Source: Eledone cirrhosa (Eukaryota). Taken from it: a stretch of DNA of 64,000 nucleotides. The notes beneath the pieces were generated by a model, which worked only from the letters and a program-made list of their open reading frames with translations, did not search any database and was not told the origin of the DNA. Shown one piece after another: positions 1-11,912 of this stretch (its first letter is position 1; each line of letters opens with the position of its first letter). A program made the position numbers and the translations under genes. The DNA is taken from contig OZ024741.1 of NCBI GenBank assembly GCA_964016885.1, positions 327,732,001 through 327,796,000 on the forward strand, given 5' to 3'.

Positions 1-254
1 ACATAAATAATGTTTTCTCTATTAACCACAAGGGTTTACATAAATTAGACATTAAGGACAGTACAGGACAATACAGGACGGTACAAATGGGCATGTCTGC
101 GAGTAAAAAAAACAGAGGATGTAATAAAATAACAAAGAAAAAATTCCCCAATAGGGGGGGAGACTTCCGAGGGACATTTGTGGAGAAAGCCCATTAAAAG
201 ACCACAGTGACCCTGACCACCAGGGCAAGTGCCCTCTCCCAGTTTTCCACCTTT

Positions 255-3200
255 AATTTACAGACACATACTCAGAGAAGGCCCATTCACTCGGGTCATT
301 CTTGCTTCTCTCACCCATCTTTCAACAAAATGCTGCGAAGGGAGCACTTCCCTCTCTACCCTGATTTTCCTTTTCAAATGAAATTTGAAAAAGTTAATCA
401 GGGCATCACCGAAGAGGTAAGTGCTCGTCTTCAGCCCTTTCAAACGTGTCCACCATACTATCTCTTTCGCCATGGCCACCAGACAGATAACAACTGCCTG
501 TCCTTCCGAGCTAAAGGAAGAGGGTGGGGCAATCCTCACGATGGACTCAGCTGATAGCTGGATCCGTCCTACACGCGACAGCAGGTGTTCGACATAAACC
601 CACAAGTCAGCAATGCTCGGACACTGGACGAGTGTGTGCAGGACGGTTTCGTCGCCCTGTGCGCATCTCGGACATGCCCGCTGACGGCACCTCCATGCCT
701 GTAGGGTTTATCCCGAACTGGCAAAGCTCCCCGGTAGCACTGCCAGGCCAGGGATTTCTGGAAGTTGTCCATAGGCCCCGGCCCGAAAGTCCTTCCGAAG
801 AGATTGGCTAGTTGATTTTCGTCGACGCCTAGAGTTTCTCCAAGTACGTCGTCGCTCTTACTCTCCACTAAGCCCCTTTAGAACGCCATCGTGGAGTTTC
901 CACCGATCACATTGCCCGATTGGTCGAGGGCTGTGAGCGCCTGAAGACATTCCAGTCTCCAAGCGCTCCCTCTCGGTCTTCGCTTGACCCAGGACTGCAG
1001 CTCTGTCAAGAAGACGAGCTGGGGAAAAACGTGTCTAGCAAACGGCGACCACACCTGATCACCGTCGAGGAAGAGGTAGAGATGTCGTAGCCTGAGCGCG
1101 TGTCTGCGCATCATCAGCCACGGCATGCCCAGCCCTCCACGTAGCGGGTGTTGACAGCAGATGGACCGCCTGACCATCGGAGCGCGTCCCTTCCACGAGA
1201 AGCGAAAGAGCAAACGCTCCAGCGCAGTCAGGAGGGGCTTAGGACAAGGTACGACGGTCAGGCGGTAGTAGATGACGGACGCGATGTACGCATTAGCCAC
1301 CTCCGCCCGACCTTTCAGGGATAGCTTCCTCTCGGCCCATTTCTGGGTGAGAGAAGCCACCCTGCTCGTCACCTCGTCCCAGTTTTTGTCCGTCTGGAGG
1401 TCTGGACCGAACCAGACCCCTAGCAATTTAACCGGTCCGTCCGTCCAGCGCCCGACTACGCTGTTGGACGGCATGGACCTGCCTCTCCAGGTGCCGAGCT
1501 GCAGGCCCACTGACTTTTCCTGGTCGATCATTGCTCCTGGACCGAGCGCATGATGTTGAACGGTTCCGAAAGGTGACCGTTCACTCTCACTACAGAGCAG
1601 ATGTCGCTGTGCATGTCAGCGATCCAGCCTCTGAAGAAGGGCCCAAATCCAGCCGCCCTCAGGACTGCCGCTAGGTAACGATGGTCGACCCTATCGAAGG
1701 CTTTCGACTGATCTAAATTGATCAAAGACCCACCTGTGCCAGGTTCCCTAGCTACCCTTTCTACGATGTATCGCATGAGGTGGAGGTTGTCGTGGATGGA
1801 TCTGTCGGGAATGACGCATGTCTGTGCCTCTCCCACCAGACCACCAACGACAAGCGCCAACCTCTTTGCTAGCACCTTCGCCAAAATCTTGAACTCTGTG
1901 TTTAGCAGAGTTATGGGACTAAAATTATCTATGTTATCCCCCTTGTTCGGATCCTTTCTCAGCAGCGCCACCGCTCCTCGGCTCACAGAGCTGGGAATTC
2001 TCCCGTTCTGTTGCCAGTTGCAATAGACGTCCGCCAAGAGGCCTCCGAACAAGCCTGGCATTTGTACGTAAAGTTCATAGGGCAGACCATCCAAACCAGG
2101 CGCTTTACCCCTTGTGCAGCTAGTCATTGCCTCCCGTACTTCAGCGGCTGTTTTCAGCTTTTCGCAACACTCGGCCTCAGTGGCCGAGAGCCGCGGCAGT
2201 CCGTCGAGGTAGACACTAAAGTCCATCCCTCGATCCGGCCCGCCTCTGTCCCAAAACAACTGAGCGAAATGTCGCTGAAAAGCTTCACACATTTGCTCGG
2301 GATCGTGTAGTATGCGCCCGTCGTGGTCCACCAAAGACCGGATCGTGGCTTTGTTGCCGGGACACGCCTCCGCCATTCGGGCCCATTGAAAGGCTTTCGT
2401 TCCCTCTTGTCTGAGAGCACGCACCCTAGCCCTGACAACGCAGCCTTCGGCTTTGCATTGATAGAATGGTCAAGGGCCAATTTCGCCGCAAGCACGTCGG
2501 TCGCGATGCCTTTGCTAAGCGCCTCGTCTAATTTTCTAACTAATTCTCCTTCTGCTCTATTTTTCTCTATTGCTAAAGCCTTACTAAACCTAATGGTCTC
2601 TATTCTAATTTCTATTTTCAAAGCAAACCACCACTTGTTGTTGACGATGGACCCCGTCAACGCCCGCTTAACTAGTTCGCTAATCCGGTCTCTGTAGGCC
2701 TTGCACGCTGGTAAGGGCGCGTTTAGTTTCCAGTAGCGGGGTCCTCGTCTATGAAGCCTATCTAAGTCAAGCACACAGATCACGAATTTGTGGTCCGTGT
2801 AGCTGACTATCTTGAATTGTGGACAGCCTATGCTAGACCTATCTATTTCTCTACAAATTATTCTATCTAGATCTGATCTGGATGACCCTATGCGATTTGT
2901 TCAAGTCCACATTGGCACATTCGGGAAATCCAATCGGTACCTGTCAGACAGTTCAAAACGCCTGAGCAGGCTCGTGAGGCTCTTGCACCCTCCTCCCCTA
3001 TCCGCTAATCCCACACAGTCCCAGCGTACATCTAAGATCCCGTTCCAGTCGCCCACTAACACTAAAGAGCGGGACGTTCCAAGAAAGGTCTCCAGACGCC
3101 GGAAGAAATCAAGCCGCCCTGCTCCTGTCGAGGCATAGACGGCCACTAGCCTGAAAGCTTGCCCGTCTCCGCTGGTCACATCTAGCACCACCAACTTACC

Positions 3201-3455
3201 TTCTGGGTCCAGGAAGATGGCCCGTATGGCGAGATCCAAACCACTCCGAAAAAGCACTGCAACTACTCCCCCGATCCAGGACGGCTGGGAGATGCGTACA
3301 CATCGTAGCCGCCGAAGATCGGTGCGAAGGGCCGTGCTTCGGAGATTCTAGTCTCGATGATGGCCACTACATCTATGTTTAGTGACCTGAGGTCGTTGAG
3401 CAGGTTGCCCTGCTTCCATGACGACCCCAAGCCACGCGCATTTATGCTGCCTATT
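255..3455 (-). pseudogene. Tx1/L1 ORF2 (APE endonuclease + RT + CCHC finger), frameshifted and internally deleted
   Basis: EN motifs IGSINARGL, DVVAIIET, LVGDWNG. RT motifs KAPGLDGLPYE, PITLLNTEFKILAK, DQSKAFDRVDH, VKLLGVWF. CPRCAQGDETVLHTLVQC near 620-675. YADD segment missing at ~1538. Confidence 0.92.
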
Positions 3456-3569
3456 CATGTTGAAATGGAGTGGGAAAGATGGGAAAGACGACTTACCTTA
3501 CTTCTTGTAGAGGAAGGATGGTTTGTCCATCCTTTCCACTGCTTGTGGCCTCCTCCGGAAGGATGTCCT

Positions 3570-5421
3570 TATAAATCCTCCTGGAGAGTGTTTGTCGGAA
3601 GTCTCCGATGTCTTTGGGGAATTTTTGTTTTAGTGTCGTGTACGTTTTCTGTGTGATGCGAGTGATTTGTATGTGTGGAGGGGGTGTGAACTTTTGGATT
3701 GTGGTGTAGTCTTTTTCTGTTTATGCTGGTGTTGTGTTGCATGCAGTGTAATAATTGGTTGTTGTTCAAATTTAATGCTGTGTAGTGTGTATCGTTTTGG
3801 TTGTTTTGTTTTGTTTGCGTTTGTTGTGAGTTTGTTTCTGTTACGCTTTTTGGTGACATTTGTGGTATTGGTGATGGTGGAGTTGGGGTTAATGATGGTG
3901 GTGTGGATGGTGGCATATCTGTCTTAACTTTCTTGTTCGATAATTTATTTGTTTCCCTCTATATTTTGTTTTTTGAGGGGGAAGGAAGAGAATTTTTTTT
4001 TTCTGGTTTCTTTTTTTCTTTTTTCCTGATACCGTTTCTCACTCCTCGTCGTGACAATCTGTCTCCAGTTGCGATAAGCCGGGGAGTGGAAAAAATCCTG
4101 CACATGCGTTGGTTTTGGTTGTGGCGTGGTGGATGGTTTAAGCACTGGTGCTAGTTCTGGGGCGTTGAGTGGTGGTGCTGTTGGTTTTGCTACTGTTGCT
4201 GGGGTTGTTGCTGTTCCAGTTGCTTCTGTTGTTGCTGCTACAGTTGTTGCTGTCATTTCTGCTGCTGGTGGTGCTGATGGTGAGTTACTGGGGTGAGTAA
4301 GAGAGGTGGCCTCAACCTTTTAGCCTGAGGGCAGAAAGCCCTTAGGTGGGTTTCTTCACCACAAACGACACAGCTAGATCTTCTTCCCCTCGAAGATTAC
4401 GGTGAGGTGGCTGCCGTCAGTGAGGTCTATTACCTCTGGGATCTCCTCAATGCTTTTATGGTCCGCTTGGATCAGGAGCTCCATCCCAGATCCTGACCAG
4501 TTCTCCTGCTTTTCTTTTGCTATTTCTATTATTTTGGTGTTGGCTCTGATGCCGGCGAGGACGGCAGCCATTAGCCAGGGAATTTCGATGGCCGGTGGAA
4601 CGTGGATCACCCTGATCTTCACAAGTCTCTGGCCACAATAGCTTGGGATGAGTGTGAAGTCGTCACTTCTTAATGGGGCCATGGGTTGTTCTCTGGCCTC
4701 CTGTGGTGTTTCAAAGAACACGCCCACGGTTCCATACTTCTGCCCACGTCTGATGTGGGGTTTTTTTGCCCTCACATATCCCAAAGCTTTTTGGATTTCG
4801 GACTCGGATGCTCGTTCCACTCGGCGCGATTTTATGTTAATTGTTCGATAAGACACGGTGCATAGGCGACGTTGCTCCATTTTATTAGGTGTGGCTAGGG
4901 GGTGGGGTGAGGCTGACCCTGTACCCATCTTTCTTTACCATTGCTTTGGCTTCTTCTAATTCCTCCTGAGTTACCTGGATCGCTTCGCATGTTTTTGCTA
5001 CTCCGGCAAAACTCAGGGTAGTTTTCTTAATTTCATTGTTGCTGTTGTTGTTATTATCGTTATTTTTGCTATTGTTAATTTTAGTTTCAGTTGTGGTGGT
5101 GGTGGCGTCAGTGGTGTTCGGTGTGGAAGAGTTGATTTTGGTTGAATTAATTTCAATATCACGAGTTAATTTATTTTTTTCTTTTGTTCCTGTTGTCGCT
5201 GTGGTGGTGGTGTGGGTGGTGGTTGTCGCGATAGTGGTGGTGGTGGCGGCGTTAACACCTGCAGTCATTGGTAATGGCGGGAAATGAACGTCTGCCTGAG
5301 ACAAATTTAAAATATTGCTACTGCTTACAATTCCAGTGTTGGCAAACGTAGCAATATTTACAATGGTGGTGTCGGTGTGAGGTGTTGGATTGTGAGGAAG
5401 GAGTGACTCTGAGTCATCCAT
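3570..5421 (-). pseudogene. Tx1/L1 ORF1 (Gag-like), frameshifted
   Basis: ORF pieces 4885-5421, 4374-4928, 3945-4256 and 3569-3916. Zinc knuckle CVVCGEETHLRAFC (CX2CX4HX4C) at 4331-4372, flanked by Thr/Asn-rich low-complexity sequence. Confidence 0.8.
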
Positions 5422-5702
5422 TATTTTTCAAAGAAAAATTTTTGTTTGATAATTATAAAAATTTTAAATTTTGGGCTCAAGGCCCCTATATTTTTGAGTG
5501 TCCTTTTCAGAAATCAATGTATGTGCACTTATATACAGTTAGCAATAAAAATTGTCCATGAATGGCAATTTTAAACAACTGAAAATAACAAACCTTTGCG
5601 GAGCTCACGATGATACGATTTACTACGTAGGTCGCCAATAATAATAACAAATGTGAATCCAAAAATCCAAAGAGAGCTTCATAAGAATTGTGTGTGTATA
5701 TA

Positions 5703-5759
<57 letters not shown>

Positions 5760-5771
5760 CCGTAGAGCTCA

Positions 5772-5916
5772 TATTCATTATAAGTACAGATTTAACTTTA
5801 AACAAAGAATCGGTGCTTTCACCTTTTACGGGATCTTCTGAAACACTGAGTTTCAAAATATCCTGCAAAGCGTGAAAGCAACGATTCTGTGCTTGAACTT
5901 AAATCTGTACTTCTAA

Positions 5917-5922
<6 letters not shown>
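5772..5922. repeat. Imperfect fold-back, ~73-bp arms, 5-nt loop
   Basis: TAAGTACAGATTTAAC...CTGAAAC actga GTTTCAAA...TTAAATCTGTACTT. A related single arm lies at ~17905-17985. Confidence 0.85.
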
Positions 5923-5961
<39 letters not shown>

Positions 5962-5968
5962 ATATATA

Positions 5969-6427
5969 CTAGCTGGACCCTTAAAAAAATTCACGGTTAA
6001 TTTTTGAAATTTAAATATTGTCTAATGAATATGTATCAGTTAATCAAAATTGTTTGATTTGAAGTATTTTGATGAATAAACAATTATATTTTCCTTATTT
6101 TATGTATAATAATGTAAGTTTATTTAAAATTAATTTCATAAAAGTACACATAAAAAACATCCTTTAAAGCACTTCCCTATATACAATGTTTCTAGTAAAG
6201 GTGATTCCCCTTCTGTAGCCATGGGTGGATTCGTTTTGAGGTATCACTTTAACTCTCATACTATTCAGCGCCCTTGCTCAAAGGCTGCTCTTCAATTGTA
6301 GAATTTCGTCGCTGTTGAACACTGCTTCACATATTCTCTAGATAAATTACTATGTAATAACTGAAAGCGTGACACACACGGGCGGACGTACGGTTCGTAG
6401 GTATAAGCGTATTAATATATATGTAGC
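5969..6427 (-). mobile_element. Non-autonomous Helitron remnant
   Basis: Minus strand encodes the Helitron helicase C-terminus TRNIVYREVL* (6164-6196). CTAG terminus at 5969-5972. The 5' end has the TATATATTAAT...GTCCGCCCGTGTGTGTCACGC pattern. Confidence 0.7.
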
Positions 6428-6461
6428 GAGGTTTTTTATATGAAATCGTGTGTCGAAACAA

Positions 6462-6956
6462 ATATTGTTATACTTGGGGAGGGTCATATTTGTGTAATAT
6501 TGCCAGAATTAATAACACGAACGCACTCACTGTTTGGTTAGTTTTCGCTTCTCGCTGTCTTTTATATCTGCGATCTAACTTACTCGGTCCTCACTGTTGC
6601 CATTGACTGACCGACGGTCAAAAATAATACAGATACAATATAGACACAAACACATATATATAGTTTACATAATTTACATAAATCTTTCGTTGCACATCTG
6701 CAACATCGTCAGTGGTGTTATATTTTTTCCTCCTGTTGTGTTGTATGTCTTCACCATTTTTTATTCAGTCTGTCAAGTATCAGTATCTGTATTATTTTTG
6801 ACCGTCGGTCAGTCAATGGCAACATTGAGGACCGAGTAAGTTAGATCGCAGATATAAAAGACAGCGAGAAGCGAAAACCAACCAAACAGTGAGTGTGTTC
6901 TGTTATTAATTCTGGCAATATTACACAAATATGACCCTCCCCAAGTATAACAATAT
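6462..6956. mobile_element. MITE/fold-back element with ~175-bp terminal inverted repeats
   Basis: Arms 6462-6636 and 6783-6956 are near-identical reverse complements. Abuts (TA)n. A solo terminus occurs at 30731-30790. Confidence 0.8.
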
Positions 6957-6973
6957 ATATATATATATATGTA

Positions 6974-7012
<39 letters not shown>

Positions 7013-7016
7013 TTAC

Positions 7017-7081
<65 letters not shown>

Positions 7082-7393
7082 AAAATATTTCCACACTATT
7101 CTCCCGCTTCATCGTGATTCACTTTTTGCCGTCCCTACATCGCGGAATTTTCGTTAGACATATGTATTTTCTTATCGCGATAACCCTCGCTACATCGCGA
7201 ATATGTTTTCTTACAAAGCACATTACTGGCTAAAAAGGGAATGACAGCCAGTCAGAGTGTTGTCTTTATTTTCTTTGGGCAGTGATATATAAATCACGGT
7301 GGGTTCGGTTTAAAATAGGTTTGACCATTACTCAATAGAGGATTCGATACTAGGGGTTATTAAAGTATGGTTATATTACAAAGTATTGACACT

Positions 7394-7440
<47 letters not shown>

Positions 7441-9257
7441 ACTTTAAAGTGCAAAATATGGCAGATTTTGATATGATGAAGAAGATGGTAAATAATGTAT
7501 GAGATAGAAGATATTTGGGTGCGATATCATGTGAAAAGAATAAAAATAAAATAAAATCAATCAACAAACAATAAATACTAGACTCATAAAATATGTTGAT
7601 CAAAAAAAAAAATGTCCGTCTGCTGCGGAGGCAATTATTTGGTAGATTTTCTGCGCTTTTTTTTAATGAACTTCCTACCAGATTATAAAACAATTGAAGA
7701 GAAGACAAAAAAAAAAAAAAACATCGAAATAAATAAATAGACTGTCATTCGCATAATCAAGAATTAATAGACTAAGATCTAATAAAACACTTCAGAGTTA
7801 TTCTGGTGCAATTTTTGGTTCATTTTCTCGATATGGTATTTTCATTCTTTCTTTCAGTTTTATATGTGTTTTTAATATGATTTCCTCTTTCTTTCATTCA
7901 ATTTAACTCTAATAATTCTCTGTCAGGCGTGACAAACACACGCCAGAATTAGAAGTTTATCAACAGATGATTCATTTTCCCTATCTCACTAGTTTCCTCC
8001 TGCTCTCTCGCTCTCGCTCTGTCTGTCTTTCTCACCTTTTCTCTCATTTTCAATTTTTCTCTTTCTCACTCCATCTATCTTTCTATCTCCTTCGTTTTTT
8101 CTCTCTCTTGTTTTCTCCCCCTTCTTTCTCTCTTACGCTCTCTCTCCCACATATTCTCCTCTTTCTCGCTCTCTTTTTTCATGATTAGCTTTGATTATCG
8201 GAGGAATTGTCTTTTTCCATTATTTGTTTTATGTTTTGCCTGATGGAAAAGGCTGGAGTCTTTTAACTACCAACACAATCAATACACACATAAATATACA
8301 GAGAATAAAAAAAAGTTATTTCGTAATGTTCTCAGCAATGAAATGAGTGCTGTTTAGTTGATTAAATCGTATTATGCATAGAGTGCAGCCTGTGTTGCAT
8401 ATGCATTTTTTTTTCTTTATCGCTTTCCTCAAGTTCAAATACAGTTTACACTTTTTAATAAATTTCAAACACTCTTGAACTTCATACAATGCAAATTTCC
8501 TTTATTTGTTTCTGAATAAATAGGGCGATTGGTTCAGCGAACGTTGTGGAACGTGATGATTAACCTAACCTAATATTATTTCAATTATCTAACGGAATAA
8601 TAACTCCATAGCCCTAACGCTTATTTCAGTAACGTAGTAATCTTTGGTGGTGGAGTGATATATCTACTGAGCTGTGGAGGAAATGTCATGCATCGTCTAT
8701 TTCGACTCAACATGGTTTATAGACAAGGTCTGAGGTGGTGCTATTGTCAAACTGTGCCAGTCCTTGCCTTTCTAGTGAGCAGCATCAGTGGTACAGAGTG
8801 AGTTGTTTGTACATATTAAGAAATGCTGGTCCCCACAACAGAAAGCTTGCAGAGGCAAATACCGCAGAGAAAGACATACTAAATGTGAAAGAGGGTATAA
8901 GGTTGAAATTACGATTCCTGGATCTGGCAGCGAGTCGTGTCCTTCAGCAAATGCTATATTTTACGTTCCTCTAGTCCACTCACCTGGCAAAAATAAGAGG
9001 TAACTCCTAATCCAAGGGACCGGCCCTGTTACACGTTGTGTCATGCGGAATCACCGCGAGATGCACGTTAAAAGGCACACGTATCTGTGGAATCTTCAGT
9101 AACTTACACGTTGATTTCAGGACTAGGGAAGTCTTTTGATTAAATCAACTGGAACAATCGTCGTCGGAAACGATGCTGGTCTGCCAAATGAGTTCAGGTG
9201 AATGTATACACATAAATATACACACGAACGCGAAACAAACACATACACACGCATATA

Positions 9258-9356
<99 letters not shown>

Positions 9357-9629
9357 GGGGGGGAGTGCCGTATACAAAATCAATGAAGGGTAGATCACAG
9401 TAAAGTAATCTAAAAGAAGACTTCCCTTGCATTTTTCCCTAGGGATATATTCATAGTCAAGCAACCTAAAATATGCGGCTTCACTTAGTTGCCTTACTAC
9501 AGTTGCAAAACCCAACGAATAACGGTGTCCATTCAACTACATTAATATTGATACTGTTAACAAAAGGGTTTTCCATCAGACGGCTTTTCTATCAGGTGTA
9601 ATATATATATATATGTGTAATCAGGTGTA

Positions 9630-9684
<55 letters not shown>

Positions 9685-9751
9685 GGTGGTGGAACAATGT
9701 AAGGTATATCCGTAGTGGTAGAGCACTCAGTCCATGGGACGAGTTAGGTAG

Positions 9752-9969
9752 AAGTGGTTACACAACAGTTAGTTCACCATACCGAGAACAATTGTATCAC
9801 CTTAGCGGATCCTCAGCTCGTAATGGGCATGGTTATAGGAACAGGAAGGACAACCGTACGCGTACTGTTGTCCTCCCTGTTCCTATAACCAAGCCCATTA
9901 CGAGCTGAGAATCCGCTAAAGTGAAACAATTTTACTCGGTATGGTGGACTAACTTTTGTGTAACCACTT
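9752..9969. repeat. Zero-spacer palindrome (109-bp arms) with a hammerhead motif in each arm
   Basis: Centre GTACG|CGTAC at 9860/9861. HHR motifs at 9901-9938 (+) and 9783-9820 (-). Confidence 0.9.
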
Positions 9970-9989
9970 ATATATATATATATATATAT

Positions 9990-11002
9990 AGATAAATCTA
10001 CCAAAATGTACGGTAGTGTCTAATCAGTATGAAGAACTCAATGTAATCCGAATATCATGAAAAGAGATGTATTCAAAAATGTTTTGCGATGAAAAATACA
10101 GGAAAACTGAGTCAAGATAAATTAATAAAAATAATGAATAAACAAAGAAACAGGTTCTTATATTAAAAAATTCATCATTTTACGATCGTTTCTAGGATAT
10201 ATATGTTAGTGTTGGTATGCATATCATATAGATCTATGTAAAATTTTTACAAACTATCAGAAGGAATATACATACCTACACATATATATGCTGTCTTCAG
10301 AAATAATGATATTTGTTCGTTGAAAAAACCAACAAAGATTTAATACAACAGGTCTGTTTGGGAACAGGTTTTGAATTGACCAATAGAAAGATAGTGAAGG
10401 TCAAGATGGTAAAATAGTAGTAATAGAACCTTAATTTAGGGGTAGGGGAAGGTAGATTTCAGTTTTGGATGGAAAGACTATTATGAATGAAAGATTATTT
10501 TAGGGATGAAAATAGATCATATGCTGTCTTCAGAAATAATTATATTTGTTCATTGAATAAAACCAACAAAGATTTAATATAATAGGTCTGTTTGGGAACA
10601 GGTTTTGAATTGACCAATAGAAAGGTAATAACTGGCTAAAAGGTAAAATAGTAGTAATGGAACTTTAATTTAGGGGTAGAAGAAGGCAGATTTCAGTTTT
10701 GAATGGAAAGATTATGATGAATGAAAAGGTTAATTTAGGGGCGAAAATAGGTCAGGTCGGTAAAAGGTACACGAAAAATTGCTGTTATAAAAGAATAATG
10801 CCAATGTAAATACCTAAGGAGACTAAAATTTTACGATAAAAGTGTTAGTGAAAAAAATATATATGGAATTTACATCTATGAAAAGAAAATTAATTAAATT
10901 GATAGGTATATTTATATTGATAAAATTATATTAATGCTTATAGATATGATAGATAAGAGTTAGATGTAATTGAAGAGTGCTGTTAAAAACGAGGGGAAAT
11001 AA

Positions 11003-11084
<82 letters not shown>

Positions 11085-11905
11085 TTGGGGGGGGGGGGTT
11101 TAAATTTATTAGTGAGAAATAAGAAATATATAGAGATTACAAGGAACATAGAATCATAACATGAAATTAAAACAGTATATATGTATACTTAATGGTATCA
11201 ATTTTGCGAAATGATAGTTATAAAAGGGAAATAAAATTATGTAGTTCATTAGTAGTAGAATATTAATTATAGATTAACTAAATTAAAAAAAATGTTATTA
11301 TAATAATTTATAAAGTGTATATTAATTAGGTTTATAATATTTAAAGGTTTTTCTCAGTTTATGATTACACGATATTAATTCCTGTCGCTTATTTAATAGG
11401 ATATCCTTAGATTTCATTATTTCAAAAAGTTCTTGGGTACACAATCTACATTCATATCTATTATTTTGATAAGGGGTGGCCCTTTTGAGCACACTCCAGG
11501 TCAGGTCATAATCTATATTCCTCTTTCTATAATTATTAATTATTTCAGCTAAAGATGTTGTATTAGCTAATGCGGCATTTTTAAAACTGTTTGTGGGTAT
11601 TAAATCTTACTTTCAATTGGTTAGAGGTAGCTCCTATATATGAATAAATTGAGTCCTTAGTATTAACTTTACATTTATATACTATGTTATTAACAAGGTA
11701 ATTTCCTTTTAATGGGCAATTTACTTTGTTTCCATAGTTACAACGTTTCGTGAATCCTGTATCAGAGGAGATATTATGGTTAGTTTGATGTATTGGTTGT
11801 ATACACATGGGCATATAAGCCTTATAGAAGGATTAGAGTTCAAGTTAGATTTGTGATCTTTCAGGTTGAAATGTGGTCTTTTCAGTTCTATCTTCAATAT
11901 TAAGT
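9990..11905 (-). mobile_element. Internally deleted Naiad-like PLE copy (RT fragment fused to GIY-YIG, 3' UTR, pLTR)
   Basis: Minus strand reads RPHFNLKDHKSNLNSNPSIRLICP joined to CPLKGNYLVNNIVYKCKV...SYIGATSNQLKVRFNTHK. 10117-11810 mirrors 13321-14992. Confidence 0.88.
10172..10309 (-). ncRNA. Type I hammerhead ribozyme with 101-nt stem II
   Basis: Reverse-complement copy of the motif at 14800-14937. Confidence 0.75.
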
Positions 11906-11912
11906 TTAATCT

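Larger units (their letters stand above)
9..5640 (-). mobile_element. Near full-length decayed non-LTR retrotransposon, L1/Tx1 clade
   Basis: Minus-strand order is ORF1 with CCHC knuckle, APE endonuclease, RT, C-terminal CCHC finger, then a 3' UTR ending CCCTTGTGGTTAATAGAGAAAACATTAT, shared with other copies in the window. Confidence 0.93.

Noticed and set aside
207-2697. Plus-strand ORFs over the Tx1 element
   Set aside because: Antisense shadows of GC-rich ORF2.
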